Shown here piece after piece: positions 30,253-39,652 of a stretch of 64,000 bases of DNA; the stretch's first letter is position 1, and each line of letters starts with the position of its first letter. The stretch lies in assembly GCA_947476215.1 (NCBI GenBank), contig CANJQI010000001.1, positions 29,260-93,259 on the forward strand, written 5' to 3'. Both the position numbers and the translations under genes were made by a program. The notes below the pieces were generated by a model. The model did not search any database, was not told the DNA's origin, and was given only the letters and a program-made list of their open reading frames with translations. This stretch comes from Betaproteobacteria bacterium. GTDB lineage: Bacteria; Pseudomonadota; Gammaproteobacteria; Burkholderiales; SG8-41.

Positions 30253-31437
30253 GTGATGACTGACAAATATCAATTAGACACGCTTGCCGTTCGGGCTGGC
30301 ATAGAGCGCAGTCAGTTCGGCGAGCATTCGGAAGCGCTGTACCTGACGTCGAGTTTCGTTTTCAAGTCGGCCGCTCAGGCGGCGGAGCGCTTTGCGGAGC
30401 GCGAGCAAGGGCCTATTTACTCGCGCTTTACCAATCCTACCGTCAAAGTTTTTGAGGAACGTCTCGCTGCGCTGGAGGGGGCCGAGTGTTGCATCGCAAC
30501 CGCGTCTGGGATGTCGGCGATACTGTCCACGGTGATGGGGCTGCTAAAAGCAGGCGATCACGTCGTAGTCTCACAAAGCGTGTTTGGTGCAACCATACAA
30601 TTGTTTGTTGCCATACTCGGTCGCTTTGGTGTCGAGTCGACGTTTGTTTCCGCGACGGATGTCTCGGCTTGGCAGAGAGCCGTCAAGCCGAATACGCGGT
30701 TGTTCCTGCTCGAAACACCGTCTAACCCATTGACGGAGATTTCCGACATAGCGGCGCTTGCCGCTGTGGCGAAAAGGGCCGGTGTGCTGCTGGCGGTGGA
30801 CAATTGCTTCTGCACGCCGGTATTGCAGAAGCCGCTCGATTTGGGCGCGGATATCGTGATTCATTCCGCCACCAAATATCTGGATGGTCAGGGCCGGGTG
30901 CTGGGTGGCGCTGTGCTGGGAAAACGCGACGTCATACGCCAGGGCGTGCTCGGATTCCTGCGCACTGCCGGTCCTACACTTTCCGCATTTAATGCGTGGG
31001 TGATACTGAAAGGTCTGGAAACGCTGAAATTGCGCGTTGAGGCCCAGTCAGCGGCCGCCCTGCAACTCGCGCGCTGGCTGGAACAGCAGCCGCAGGTCGA
31101 ACGGGTTTATTACCCCGGACTCCCTTCACATCCTCAGCATGAGCTTGCGATGCGGCAGCAGCGAAATGGCGGTGGTATCGTCTCGTTCGTGGTCAAGGGG
31201 GGGAAGAACGCAGCCTGGAACGTGGTGGATAACACGCGGTTGATATCGATTACGGCCAACCTTGGCGATACCAAGACCACGATTACGCATCCGGCAACGA
31301 CGACTCACGGGCGAATTACGCAGGAGGCTCGCGATGCCGCGGGCGTCAGTGATGGACTGCTTAGAGTCGGCGTCGGACTGGAAGCGCTGGACGACTTACG
31401 GGCGGATTTGCTTCGCGGCATCAGCCGATCCGCATAG
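30253..31437 (+). CDS. metZ: O-succinylhomoserine sulfhydrylase (Cys/Met PLP family)
   Basis: PLP-lysine motif HSATKYLDGQGR; N-terminus LDTLAVRAGIERSQFGEHSEALYLTSSFVF is typical of MetZ. Confidence 0.85.
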   Translation: MMTDKYQLDTLAVRAGIERSQFGEHSEALYLTSSFVFKSAAQAAERFAEREQGPIYSRFTNPTVKVFEERLAALEGAECCIATASGMSAILSTVMGLLKAGDHVVVSQSVFGATIQLFVAILGRFGVESTFVSATDVSAWQRAVKPNTRLFLLETPSNPLTEISDIAALAAVAKRAGVLLAVDNCFCTPVLQKPLDLGADIVIHSATKYLDGQGRVLGGAVLGKRDVIRQGVLGFLRTAGPTLSAFNAWVILKGLETLKLRVEAQSAAALQLARWLEQQPQVERVYYPGLPSHPQHELAMRQQRNGGGIVSFVVKGGKNAAWNVVDNTRLISITANLGDTKTTITHPATTTHGRITQEARDAAGVSDGLLRVGVGLEALDDLRADLLRGISRSA

Positions 31438-31491
31438 CCGCCCACATTTTCGTCCCTATGGCCGCTGGATACACCGGCGCGTCTGTGTTGT

Positions 31492-32514
31492 TTACTCGGC
31501 TGCTTTCTTGCTGGGATCCCAGCCGGCAGCGTGCAAAAGCTTTTCAAAACGGGCGGCATCCGCACGCAGAAAGGCCGTAAATGCCTCAGGTGACGAACCC
31601 ACGGCTTCGGCCCCCACCGCGATCAGCCTTTCCTGGATGTCAGGACTCTTGAGCACGCTTAACACATCAGCGTTGATTCTGCGTACCAGATCTCTGGGCG
31701 TGCCTAACGGCAAAAACAAGCCATACCAACCGGGAAACTCAAAACCGCTTACGGCCTCTGCTATCGTCGGCACGCCCGGGACCAGTCGAGTGCGCGCGCG
31801 CGTGGTAACGCCGAGCATGCGCAACTTTCCACTTTGCGCAGCCCCCGTGTAAGCGGGTGCTGCTGCGCACGTGGCATGTACCTGTCCGCCCATCAGGTCG
31901 GTAAAAACTGGGCTGGTTCCTTTATAGGGAACATGTACCATGTCGATCCCTGTCATGGCGCGGAACTGCTCCATGCACAAGTGCGAGGAGCCCCACTGAC
32001 CCGACGAGCCATACAACAACTTGCCACCGCGCGCCTTCGCGTGCGCGATGAATTCCGCGGTAGTCGTAACCGGAATTGAAGCGGAGACGGAAATCACAAA
32101 TGGGGTCGACGCCAGATAACTTACGGGGATGAAATCCCTGGCCATATTAAAGCGTTGGTGCATGGACATGCTGAGCAGCTGGGTCAGTGTGGCGACCCAC
32201 AACGTGTATCCGTCCGGCGCGGCCTTCGCCACATACTCGGCGGCGAGCAGGCCGGCGGCACCGGCGCGATTGTCGACAACAATCTGCTGCCCCCAGTTTT
32301 CCGTCAATTTGACGGTCAGCAGCCGTGCCACTGTGTCTGGCGCGGAACCTACGGTGTTGGATATGATCATCCGAACTGGTTTAACCGGGAATGACGGTGT
32401 GGCGGCCCACACGATCTGAGTAGTCATGGCCAGTATTGCAAGAAAGGCCACGCGCTTTGCGTCGCCTATTCGTTGCCTACGCGGCGCTATCATTGCCTGC
32501 TCGATGGTAGTCAT
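31492..32514 (-). CDS. Bug/TctC-family tripartite tricarboxylate transporter substrate-binding protein
   Basis: Signal peptide, then FPVKPVRMII...VVDNRAGAAG...VPYKGTSP..DLMGGQV, the typical Bug family pattern; intact 340 aa. Confidence 0.8.
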   Translation of the reverse strand: MTTIEQAMIAPRRQRIGDAKRVAFLAILAMTTQIVWAATPSFPVKPVRMIISNTVGSAPDTVARLLTVKLTENWGQQIVVDNRAGAAGLLAAEYVAKAAPDGYTLWVATLTQLLSMSMHQRFNMARDFIPVSYLASTPFVISVSASIPVTTTAEFIAHAKARGGKLLYGSSGQWGSSHLCMEQFRAMTGIDMVHVPYKGTSPVFTDLMGGQVHATCAAAPAYTGAAQSGKLRMLGVTTRARTRLVPGVPTIAEAVSGFEFPGWYGLFLPLGTPRDLVRRINADVLSVLKSPDIQERLIAVGAEAVGSSPEAFTAFLRADAARFEKLLHAAGWDPSKKAAE

Positions 32515-32535
32515 TTGGTGTCCCGGTCATTGGAT

Positions 32536-33261
32536 TCATAATGACAGCACCGTGACTTGGCAGCCCTGCGCGTCGCAACGCAGATAACTCCCCCCGGTAT
32601 ACCAGTCCGCCAGCACCCAGCGTTCGCACATTTGCCCATCGACCATGTGCCGGTGCATGTTGGGTCTGTGCGTATGGCCATGAATCAGGCGTGAGCATTG
32701 ATGGGTGCGGAAAGCCGATTCAACCGCGGAGGCAGTGACGTCCATGATGGTATTGGACTTGCTCGCCTTGTCTTGATTGCTGTCACTGCGCAGGCCTTCG
32801 ACGATTTTCCTGCGCGAGACCAGTGATTGGGCGAGAAAGCGTGTTTGCCACGACGCACCCCTGACTTCGGCGCGAAACGCCTGGTACCTGGTGTCGTCAG
32901 TGCACAGCGTGTCGCCATGCATCAACACTGTTGCTGTGCCATGCACCTCGATCACCGTGGGATCGGGTAACAACGTTGCACCGCTGGCGGCGGCAAAATG
33001 CCCGCCAAGCAGGAAATCGCGGTTTCCGTGCATGACATAAAGTTTGACTTGGTTATTCGCAAGCTGGCGCAGCGAGGCCAGTATAGCCGCGTTAAATGGA
33101 TCGTCGTCATCGTCTCCGGGCCAGTATTCAAATAGGTCGCCGAGTATGTAGAGTGCTTCGGAGCAGGCGGCTGGCCCACGCAGAAATTCGTGGAATATCC
33201 GGTTGATCGCCGGGCGACTGGCGCACAGATGCAGATCGGAAACAAATATGCTGTGCGGCAT
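32536..33261 (-). CDS. lpxH: UDP-2,3-diacylglucosamine diphosphatase
   Basis: Calcineurin-like metallophosphoesterase motifs FVSDLHL, GDLFEYW, GNRDF and HGHTHRP; 241 aa. Confidence 0.9.
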   Translation of the reverse strand: MPHSIFVSDLHLCASRPAINRIFHEFLRGPAACSEALYILGDLFEYWPGDDDDDPFNAAILASLRQLANNQVKLYVMHGNRDFLLGGHFAAASGATLLPDPTVIEVHGTATVLMHGDTLCTDDTRYQAFRAEVRGASWQTRFLAQSLVSRRKIVEGLRSDSNQDKASKSNTIMDVTASAVESAFRTHQCSRLIHGHTHRPNMHRHMVDGQMCERWVLADWYTGGSYLRCDAQGCQVTVLSL

Positions 33262-33296
33262 GGGATGGAGGATAGTGGCGTGGTGGGTAGTGGTAT
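33262..33296 (-). repeat. G-poor 7-nt periodic tract abutting the lpxH start codon
   Basis: The minus strand reads ataccac tacccac cacgcca ctatcct ccatccc, followed directly by ATG. No purine-rich SD. CTATCCTC at 33301-33308 can pair with GAGGATAG at 33269-33276. Confidence 0.7.
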
Positions 33297-33318
33297 TGCG
33301 CTATCCTCAATCCTGCAC

Positions 33319-33810
33319 TCAAGCTATTTCCGCGGTCTCGATAATCACATCCTCTACTGGCACGTCCTGGTGCCCGCTGCGAGTTCCGGTTTTCACACCT
33401 TTGATTTTTTCGACGACATCGGTGCCATCCGTCACCTTGCCAAACACGCAATATCCCCAGCCTTGCGGGTTCGGGGCCGTGTGATTGAGGAAGTCGTTAT
33501 TGGCTATATTGATGAAAAACTGCGCGGTCGCCGAATGCGGATCTCCGGTTCGTGCCATTGCGATCGTGTACTTGTCATTCTTGAGATTGTTGTCGGCTTC
33601 GTTCTTGATTTGCGCGCCGGTCGGCTTCTGTTTCATGCCGGGCTCGAATCCGCCGCACTGGATCATGAATCCGTCAATGACGCGATGAAATAGCGTGTTG
33701 TTGAAGTGCCCGCTCTTGACGTAGTCCAGGAAGTTCTCGACGGTGACGGGCGCTTTGGCGGCATCCAGTTCGAGAGTGATGATGCCAAAATTGGTATGTA
33801 ATCTGACCAT
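33319..33810 (-). CDS. ppiB: peptidyl-prolyl cis-trans isomerase B (cytoplasmic cyclophilin)
   Basis: [14 protein letters not shown] cyclophilin motif; no signal peptide; 163 aa. Confidence 0.9.
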   Translation of the reverse strand: MVRLHTNFGIITLELDAAKAPVTVENFLDYVKSGHFNNTLFHRVIDGFMIQCGGFEPGMKQKPTGAQIKNEADNNLKNDKYTIAMARTGDPHSATAQFFINIANNDFLNHTAPNPQGWGYCVFGKVTDGTDVVEKIKGVKTGTRSGHQDVPVEDVIIETAEIA

Positions 33811-33819
33811 GTTTTTCCT

Positions 33820-34401
33820 TTATTTGGTGGTTGGTTTTTCCGCGGCAAGAATTCTTGCGTCTTCGATCACGACCGCTTTGCGCGGGACATTCTGGTGCGG
33901 AGCTGGACTGGATCCGGTTTCCACTGCCTCGATTTTTTTTACGACATCCATACCCTTGATGACCTTGCCGAATACCGCATAGCCGTGTCCATCCGGACTG
34001 GGTCGGTTGAGGCCATCATTGTTGGCGACATTGATAAAAAACTGCGCCGTCGCCGAATCGGGATCACCGCGACGTGCCATCGCGATAGTACCCGCATCAT
34101 TGCGTAATCCGTTGCGCGCTTCATTGGGGATGGCGTCACGGGTTTTTTTCTCGACAAATCCCGCCGTAAAGCCACCCGCCTGTATCATGAACCCCGGGAT
34201 CACCCTGTGGAATATGGTGCCCTTGTAATGCCCATCCTTGACATACTGCAGGAAATTTTCGACGCTCTTCGGCGCCTTGTCGGCGTAAAGTTCAAGTGTA
34301 ACGGTACCCATGGTGGTCTTGATTTCGACTTGTGGGTCGGCCGAAAACGCCTGGTTGGCGTACAGCATGGCTGAAAGTGCGACAATTAAAGTCAGTTTCA
34401 T
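33820..34401 (-). CDS. ppiA: peptidyl-prolyl cis-trans isomerase A (periplasmic cyclophilin)
   Basis: Signal peptide MKLTLIVALSAMLYANQAFSA and FHRVIPGFMIQAGG. Confidence 0.9.
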   Translation of the reverse strand: MKLTLIVALSAMLYANQAFSADPQVEIKTTMGTVTLELYADKAPKSVENFLQYVKDGHYKGTIFHRVIPGFMIQAGGFTAGFVEKKTRDAIPNEARNGLRNDAGTIAMARRGDPDSATAQFFINVANNDGLNRPSPDGHGYAVFGKVIKGMDVVKKIEAVETGSSPAPHQNVPRKAVVIEDARILAAEKPTTK

Positions 34402-34472
34402 GTCAATTTCTCAGTGAGTTAAAGAAAAGCTGCATCGGAAGGATGGGCAACGTTGTGTGCGCTTAACACCTA

Positions 34473-35708
34473 TTACGCCGCGCCTTCGTAAAGTATGCGC
34501 CATGTACCACGTTCGTTGATCCAGTATTGGCGTTTTTTCATTCTATTCGAAAGATTGTTGCTCGAATAATCCTGCTCGAACGTCGCTACCGCCAGATTGT
34601 CGCGTCCGGGATAAAGAAAAATGCTGACGCGTTCCAGTTTGACTTTGATCCAGGATTTGGACGCATTGACCTCGCGTTTTTGCTTCGACCAGGCCGCCAG
34701 ATTCTGGCCGCCGGATGAAAATCCAGGGGCGTAATGACTGAGGTAGTTTGCCGTATTGAGGCTTTCCCAGTTTTCGCGCCACGTTTCAATATTTTTCAGC
34801 AGATCCTTGCGCAGGCTGGCCAGCGTGTCCGATTTCACCCAATCTATACCGTCTGCAATGATCACCGGTGTGATTCCGACCTGCATGCTGGTGCTGATAG
34901 CTTCAAGATCGTTATTTGTCAGCACTACGCATCCGTCGCTGGCGCGCGGCGGCCTGCTGTAAGTGTCGGAGGGGGTTCCGTGCAGCCAGATGCCATTTCC
35001 GTCACGGCCCTCGCGCCGGTCCCACTCGTTGGGATAGCTGATGGGGAATGCGCCGGCGCCATAAAAATCACTCAGCTTGGTGCGTGACAGGCTTGCTGTT
35101 ACGTGATAGACCCCCAGAGGCGTCTTCTTGTCGCCTTCCTTGCGCTTCGCACTGCCGTTCTTGCCGCTGGTAATGTAGTAGTCGGCAACATAACGCGGCG
35201 TACCATTGTTGTTCTCGAATACGAACAGTGTTGAACTTCGGATGTCGACGATAAGTGCATGCTTTTGCTGAGGATTCAGTTGCAGCAGGTACTTGGGCAC
35301 GCGATCCGTAGGGCGTTTGAGCTGATACCGGGCAAGGCGTACTCGCGCTTCGTCGCGCAGGTCCTCGACCCTGTCCAAGGGCGCATTCGGTGCGTCACCT
35401 AGACCGCGCAATGGTCGCGCGCGGGCCGCCAGCAGATCGCCCTTGATCAAGTGAGCGAGGCGAAAATTCGGGAAACGCTGTATGACCTTGTCGACTTCCA
35501 GAAGGGCCGCGTCCAGGCGATTGCTGCCCATCTCAATCAAGGTTTTCGCCAGCATGGCGCCGGGCTCAGACGATTGCCCGTCAGCGGCCCTAGAAGGGGG
35601 GGGGGGCGATACTGCCGCAATTGCAGCGTGGGAAGTGGCGGCGGCAGTGACTGCCAGCAGTGCCAGCACGGCGTAAAGTCTAGTAAAGAGAGTTCCTGAG
35701 CGGCGCAT
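34473..35708 (-). CDS. L,D-transpeptidase (YkuD) family protein with a C-terminal NTF2-like module
   Basis: YkuD catalytic region GIWLHGTPSDTYSRPPRASDGCVVL. Likely start is MRRSGTLF... (ATG 35708-35706, TGATG overlap with the upstream gene), followed by a signal peptide. Confidence 0.8.
   Translation of the reverse strand: MRRSGTLFTRLYAVLALLAVTAAATSHAAIAAVSPPPPSRAADGQSSEPGAMLAKTLIEMGSNRLDAALLEVDKVIQRFPNFRLAHLIKGDLLAARARPLRGLGDAPNAPLDRVEDLRDEARVRLARYQLKRPTDRVPKYLLQLNPQQKHALIVDIRSSTLFVFENNNGTPRYVADYYITSGKNGSAKRKEGDKKTPLGVYHVTASLSRTKLSDFYGAGAFPISYPNEWDRREGRDGNGIWLHGTPSDTYSRPPRASDGCVVLTNNDLEAISTSMQVGITPVIIADGIDWVKSDTLASLRKDLLKNIETWRENWESLNTANYLSHYAPGFSSGGQNLAAWSKQKREVNASKSWIKVKLERVSIFLYPGRDNLAVATFEQDYSSNNLSNRMKKRQYWINERGTWRILYEGAA
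35596..35606 (-). repeat. homopolymeric C11 (G11 on + strand) tract inside the L,D-transpeptidase CDS
   Basis: Plus strand reads tagaa-GGGGGGGGGGG-cgat. On the coding strand it encodes SPPPPS directly after the signal peptide. Confidence 0.9.
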
Positions 35709-36757
35709 CAACTGCCAACACGTTCCTGCTGTATCATCCAACGATCGCCGTTCTTGACCATCATCAGCGTCTTGGTGCTCGCGACTTTGAACCCGGGCGA
35801 GCGATAATCCTGTCTGAAGGTGACCGAGACGCGATTGCTGTCCGTGATTTTCACTTTCGGCGTTTCAACACGCACTTCGATTTTCTTTTTTCCTATACGC
35901 AGCCGGCGTGCGGCTTCCCAATCGCTGCGCGGCTCGCCCTTGGGCGTCTGAAAATTGGGCGCGTAAAAGCCGAGATAACCTTTGATGTCATTGTCCGACC
36001 ACGCTTTTGCCCAGCTGTTTACTGTTTTGATGACTTCGCTCGATGGATCAGCGGCAGGCGGTTTTGCGGTTTCGGCTGGCTTGGTAGCGGCAGCTGGCTG
36101 CGCGGCGGGTTGGGTAACTGCTGCGGCCTGAACAGGCGCGGCGGGCGGTGGGGGGGCTGGTTTGCTAGCGACAACAGGAGAGACCGTGGCCCTGGTCGAC
36201 GTGTCGGTCTTGCTGGCCGGCGGTTTGTTGCCGCGTGTATTGCTTGAGAACAGTTCCTTGATAAGTCCCAGCTTTGTTTCCGCGGCCGCATTGCCTTTGT
36301 CCAACTGCAACGCTTTGTCATAGGCCTGCGACGCCATCTTCGCGTAAATGTCGCCGAGGTTTTCATGGGCGGTTGCGTAGCTGGGGTGCGTGCGTATCGC
36401 CATTTCGAGCGCACCGCGCGCTCTGTCGTACTGCCCTTGCGATGCGTAGAGCACGGCGAGATTATTATAGGGCTCGGGCAGTTCTGGAAAATCTTCGGTC
36501 AGACTGGTGAATATCTTGATCGCATCCGCAGGTTTGCTCTGCTCGGTGAGTATCAGGCCCTTGAGAAATCGTGCTCGAGCGTCCTTGGGCGTGCTCTTAA
36601 GTATGTTGTCCACGCGTTCTAAGGCCTGCGCGTGCTGACCGGCGCGAAATAATTTCGACGCCTCCTGGTACTCATCGCTTTGCCCATGGACGAAGGTTGA
36701 AAGAATTACACTCGCGAGCAGAAGGAGAATTCGGGTTACGCCGGGCATATTTACCAT
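35708..36757 (-). CDS. TPR-repeat periplasmic protein with a C-terminal NTF2-like (Cds6-type) domain
   Basis: Signal peptide, TPR repeats (AQALERVDNIL..., YNNLAVLYASQGQYDRA...) and a Pro/Ala linker. The C-terminal domain is WAKAWSDNDIKGYLGFYAPNF...VTFRQDYRS. Confidence 0.7.
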   Translation of the reverse strand: MVNMPGVTRILLLLASVILSTFVHGQSDEYQEASKLFRAGQHAQALERVDNILKSTPKDARARFLKGLILTEQSKPADAIKIFTSLTEDFPELPEPYNNLAVLYASQGQYDRARGALEMAIRTHPSYATAHENLGDIYAKMASQAYDKALQLDKGNAAAETKLGLIKELFSSNTRGNKPPASKTDTSTRATVSPVVASKPAPPPPAAPVQAAAVTQPAAQPAAATKPAETAKPPAADPSSEVIKTVNSWAKAWSDNDIKGYLGFYAPNFQTPKGEPRSDWEAARRLRIGKKKIEVRVETPKVKITDSNRVSVTFRQDYRSPGFKVASTKTLMMVKNGDRWMIQQERVGS

Positions 36758-36959
36758 TGTGCTATACTTTTCGATATTTCAGGGGGTTATATACACCAAC
36801 TGCAGGCATTTTACCAAGATCCACGGCCAAATTAAATACGTCTCGACGTGTTTCTGGTGCCGCGGACAAATCCAGGAACCAAAGCGTCCAGCAGGTTCTC
36901 GTGGGCTTTGAATATCACTCAATATCGTCCGGCATTCCGGACATTCCTCATACTCTGCC

Positions 36960-38345
36960 ATGCTCAAGCTCTACAACACCCTTGCCCGCGAGAAGCAGGC
37001 GTTCCGCCCCATAGTGCCCGGGCAGGCGCGCATCTATGTGTGCGGGATCACCGTTTACGATTTCCTACACTTGGGCCATGCACGCATGATGGTGGTGTTC
37101 GACATGATAACGCGCTGGCTTCGGGCCTCGGGGTTGGACGTCACCTACGTGCGTAATATCACCGACATCGACGACAAGATCATTAAACGGGCCGCGGAAA
37201 ACAAGGAGCCGATCGCCTCGTTGACAGCGCGGTTTATTGCTGCCATGGACGAAGATGCGGCGGCACTGGGGATTGTGAAACCGGATTTCGAGCCGCGTGC
37301 GACCGAGTACATCACCCAAATGCAGGAAATCATACGGTTACTCGAAGCGAAAGGCCTCGCGTATCTGGCGCTGGATGGCGATGTCAACTACTCGGTGCGT
37401 GATTTTCCGGGGTATGGCAAGCTGTCCGGAAAATCGCTTGAAGACCTGCGCGCCGGTGATCGTGTTGAGATTACGCAGGCCAAGCGCGATCCACTCGATT
37501 TTGTGTTATGGAAGCATGCCAAGGAGGGCGAGCCGGCATGGTCCAGTCCCTGGGGTTCCGGACGTCCGGGCTGGCATATCGAGTGCTCGGCGATGTCCAG
37601 CGCGTTGTTGGGCGAGCATTTCGATATTCATGGGGGCGGCCAGGATCTGCAGTTTCCGCATCACGAAAATGAGATTGCCCAGTCCGAAGGCGCGCATGAC
37701 CATACGTTCGTCAACTACTGGATGCACAACGGATTCGTGCGTGTCGACAATGAAAAAATGTCCAAGTCGCTGGGCAATTTTTTTACGGTACGCGAAATCC
37801 TCACCCGCTATGACGCCGAAGTCGTTCGGTTTTTCATACTGCGCGCCCATTATCGCAGTCCGCTCAACTATTCGGACCATCACCTAGATGATGCGCGTCA
37901 GAGCCTGCAAAGGCTGTATACCGCATTAAATGCGCACGACGTCAGCGCGGGACCTGTCGACTGGAAATCTCCGCACGCCGCACGGTTTCGCGAGGCGATG
38001 GACGACGACTTCAACACGCCGGAAGCGGTTGCGGTCTTGTTTGAGCTTGCAAACGACGCCAATCGCAACAAATCGCAGGAAGCCGCGTCGCTGCTGAAAT
38101 CGCTGGCGATGCTGCTGGGGTTGCTGCAACGCAAACCCTCCGATTTCCTGCACGGCGCGCCGGACGACAACGCATGGTCGCCGGATCGTATCGAGAACAT
38201 GATTTCGGCGCGAGCCGCGGCCAAGAAATCGAAGAATTTCCCGGAGGCTGATCGTATCCGCCAAGAATTGCTGTCGGCCGGTATTGTGCTCGAAGACACG
38301 CCCAAGGGAACCGTCTGGCGCCGCGGCCAGCCTGCGGCGCCCTAA
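36960..38345 (+). CDS. cysS: cysteine--tRNA ligase
   Basis: HIGH-type motif (HLGHARMM) and KMSKS; 461 aa. Confidence 0.95.
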   Translation: MLKLYNTLAREKQAFRPIVPGQARIYVCGITVYDFLHLGHARMMVVFDMITRWLRASGLDVTYVRNITDIDDKIIKRAAENKEPIASLTARFIAAMDEDAAALGIVKPDFEPRATEYITQMQEIIRLLEAKGLAYLALDGDVNYSVRDFPGYGKLSGKSLEDLRAGDRVEITQAKRDPLDFVLWKHAKEGEPAWSSPWGSGRPGWHIECSAMSSALLGEHFDIHGGGQDLQFPHHENEIAQSEGAHDHTFVNYWMHNGFVRVDNEKMSKSLGNFFTVREILTRYDAEVVRFFILRAHYRSPLNYSDHHLDDARQSLQRLYTALNAHDVSAGPVDWKSPHAARFREAMDDDFNTPEAVAVLFELANDANRNKSQEAASLLKSLAMLLGLLQRKPSDFLHGAPDDNAWSPDRIENMISARAAAKKSKNFPEADRIRQELLSAGIVLEDTPKGTVWRRGQPAAP

Positions 38346-38357
38346 CGAGGCAGGATA

Positions 38358-39611
38358 GTGCTTTCAGTCGCGCAGAGCGCATTCGGTTTTCTCGCGATAC
38401 TTGTGTTCGCTTGGTTGGTTAGCGAAAACAAGCGCATAGTGGCATGGCGTACTGTCGTGGCGGGCGTGATTTTGCAACTGGGACTTGCCGCGGCTCTGCT
38501 CAAGGTCGCATTGTTCAAGCAGTTTTTTCTGGCGCTTAACGACCTCCTGCTTGCGCTTGAAAAAGCGACCTTGGCCGGCACCTCATTCGTCTTTGGTTTT
38601 CTTGGCGGCGCACCAGCCCCATTTGCAGAGTCGGGCGCGGGTTCAAGTTTTACGCTCGCATTTCGAGCCTTGCCGTTCCTGCTAGTCGTGAGTGCGTTGA
38701 CCTCTCTGCTATTCTATTGGCGGGTCTTGCCGTGGATAGTACGCATGCTCTCGCGGGTGCTGGAAAAGACCATGGCCGTGGGCGGCGCTGTGGGATTGTC
38801 GACCGCGGCGAACATCTTCGTCGGCATGGTCGAGGCCCCCATGTTTATTCGACCTTATCTGGCGCACTTGTCCCGTGGAGAGTTGTTTATCGTGATGACG
38901 TGCGGCATGGCCGGCGTTGCCGGCACGGTAATGGTCATTTACGCGAGCATGCTGAGCGCGGTCATGCCCGACGCGCTCGGCCATATCCTCACTGCATCCA
39001 TCATCAGCGCGCCTGCCGCCATCATTATTTCGGTGCTCATGGTTCCGCTTGAAGGCAAACCCACGTCAGGAGAACTGGATGGCGTGGAGCATGCGTCCAG
39101 CAGCATGGATGCCGTTACCAGGGGCACGCTCGATGGCCTGAACCTGCTGCTTAACATAGTCGCATTGCTGGTGGTGCTGGTGGCATTGGTGACGCTGGTC
39201 AATATCATGTTCGAAGCATTGCCGCCCGTGTGGGGCAAACCGGTAACGCTGCAGCGCATGCTGGGTGCCGCGCTGGCGCCGCTGGCCTGGTCCATAGGCG
39301 TACCGTGGAGCGAGGCGCCGGCGGCAGGTGCGCTGCTGGGCACCAAGACAGTACTCAACGAATTTATCGCCTACCTCGATCTGGCGCACCTGCCTGAAGG
39401 CGAGCTGTCATTGCGCAGCCGCATGATCATGACCTATGCACTGTGCGGGTTCGCGAACTTCGGCAGCCTGGGCATATTGATAGGCGGCATGGCGACCATG
39501 GCGCCGCAGCGCCGTGATGAAATCGTCGCGCTAGGCTTGAAATCCATAGTCGCGGGCACGCTCGCGACGTGCATGACCGGCGCAGTCGTCGGCATGATGT
39601 GGATGGAATAG
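38358..39611 (+). CDS. NupC/NupG-family concentrative nucleoside transporter
   Basis: 417-aa polytopic protein with CNT-family pattern (FRALPFLLVVSALTSLLFYW..., NEFIAYLDL, CGFANFGSLGI). Confidence 0.85.
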   Translation: MLSVAQSAFGFLAILVFAWLVSENKRIVAWRTVVAGVILQLGLAAALLKVALFKQFFLALNDLLLALEKATLAGTSFVFGFLGGAPAPFAESGAGSSFTLAFRALPFLLVVSALTSLLFYWRVLPWIVRMLSRVLEKTMAVGGAVGLSTAANIFVGMVEAPMFIRPYLAHLSRGELFIVMTCGMAGVAGTVMVIYASMLSAVMPDALGHILTASIISAPAAIIISVLMVPLEGKPTSGELDGVEHASSSMDAVTRGTLDGLNLLLNIVALLVVLVALVTLVNIMFEALPPVWGKPVTLQRMLGAALAPLAWSIGVPWSEAPAAGALLGTKTVLNEFIAYLDLAHLPEGELSLRSRMIMTYALCGFANFGSLGILIGGMATMAPQRRDEIVALGLKSIVAGTLATCMTGAVVGMMWME

Positions 39612-39652
39612 GTTGCACTACCGCACTCGAAAACACGCGGCAATCAGTAGGT

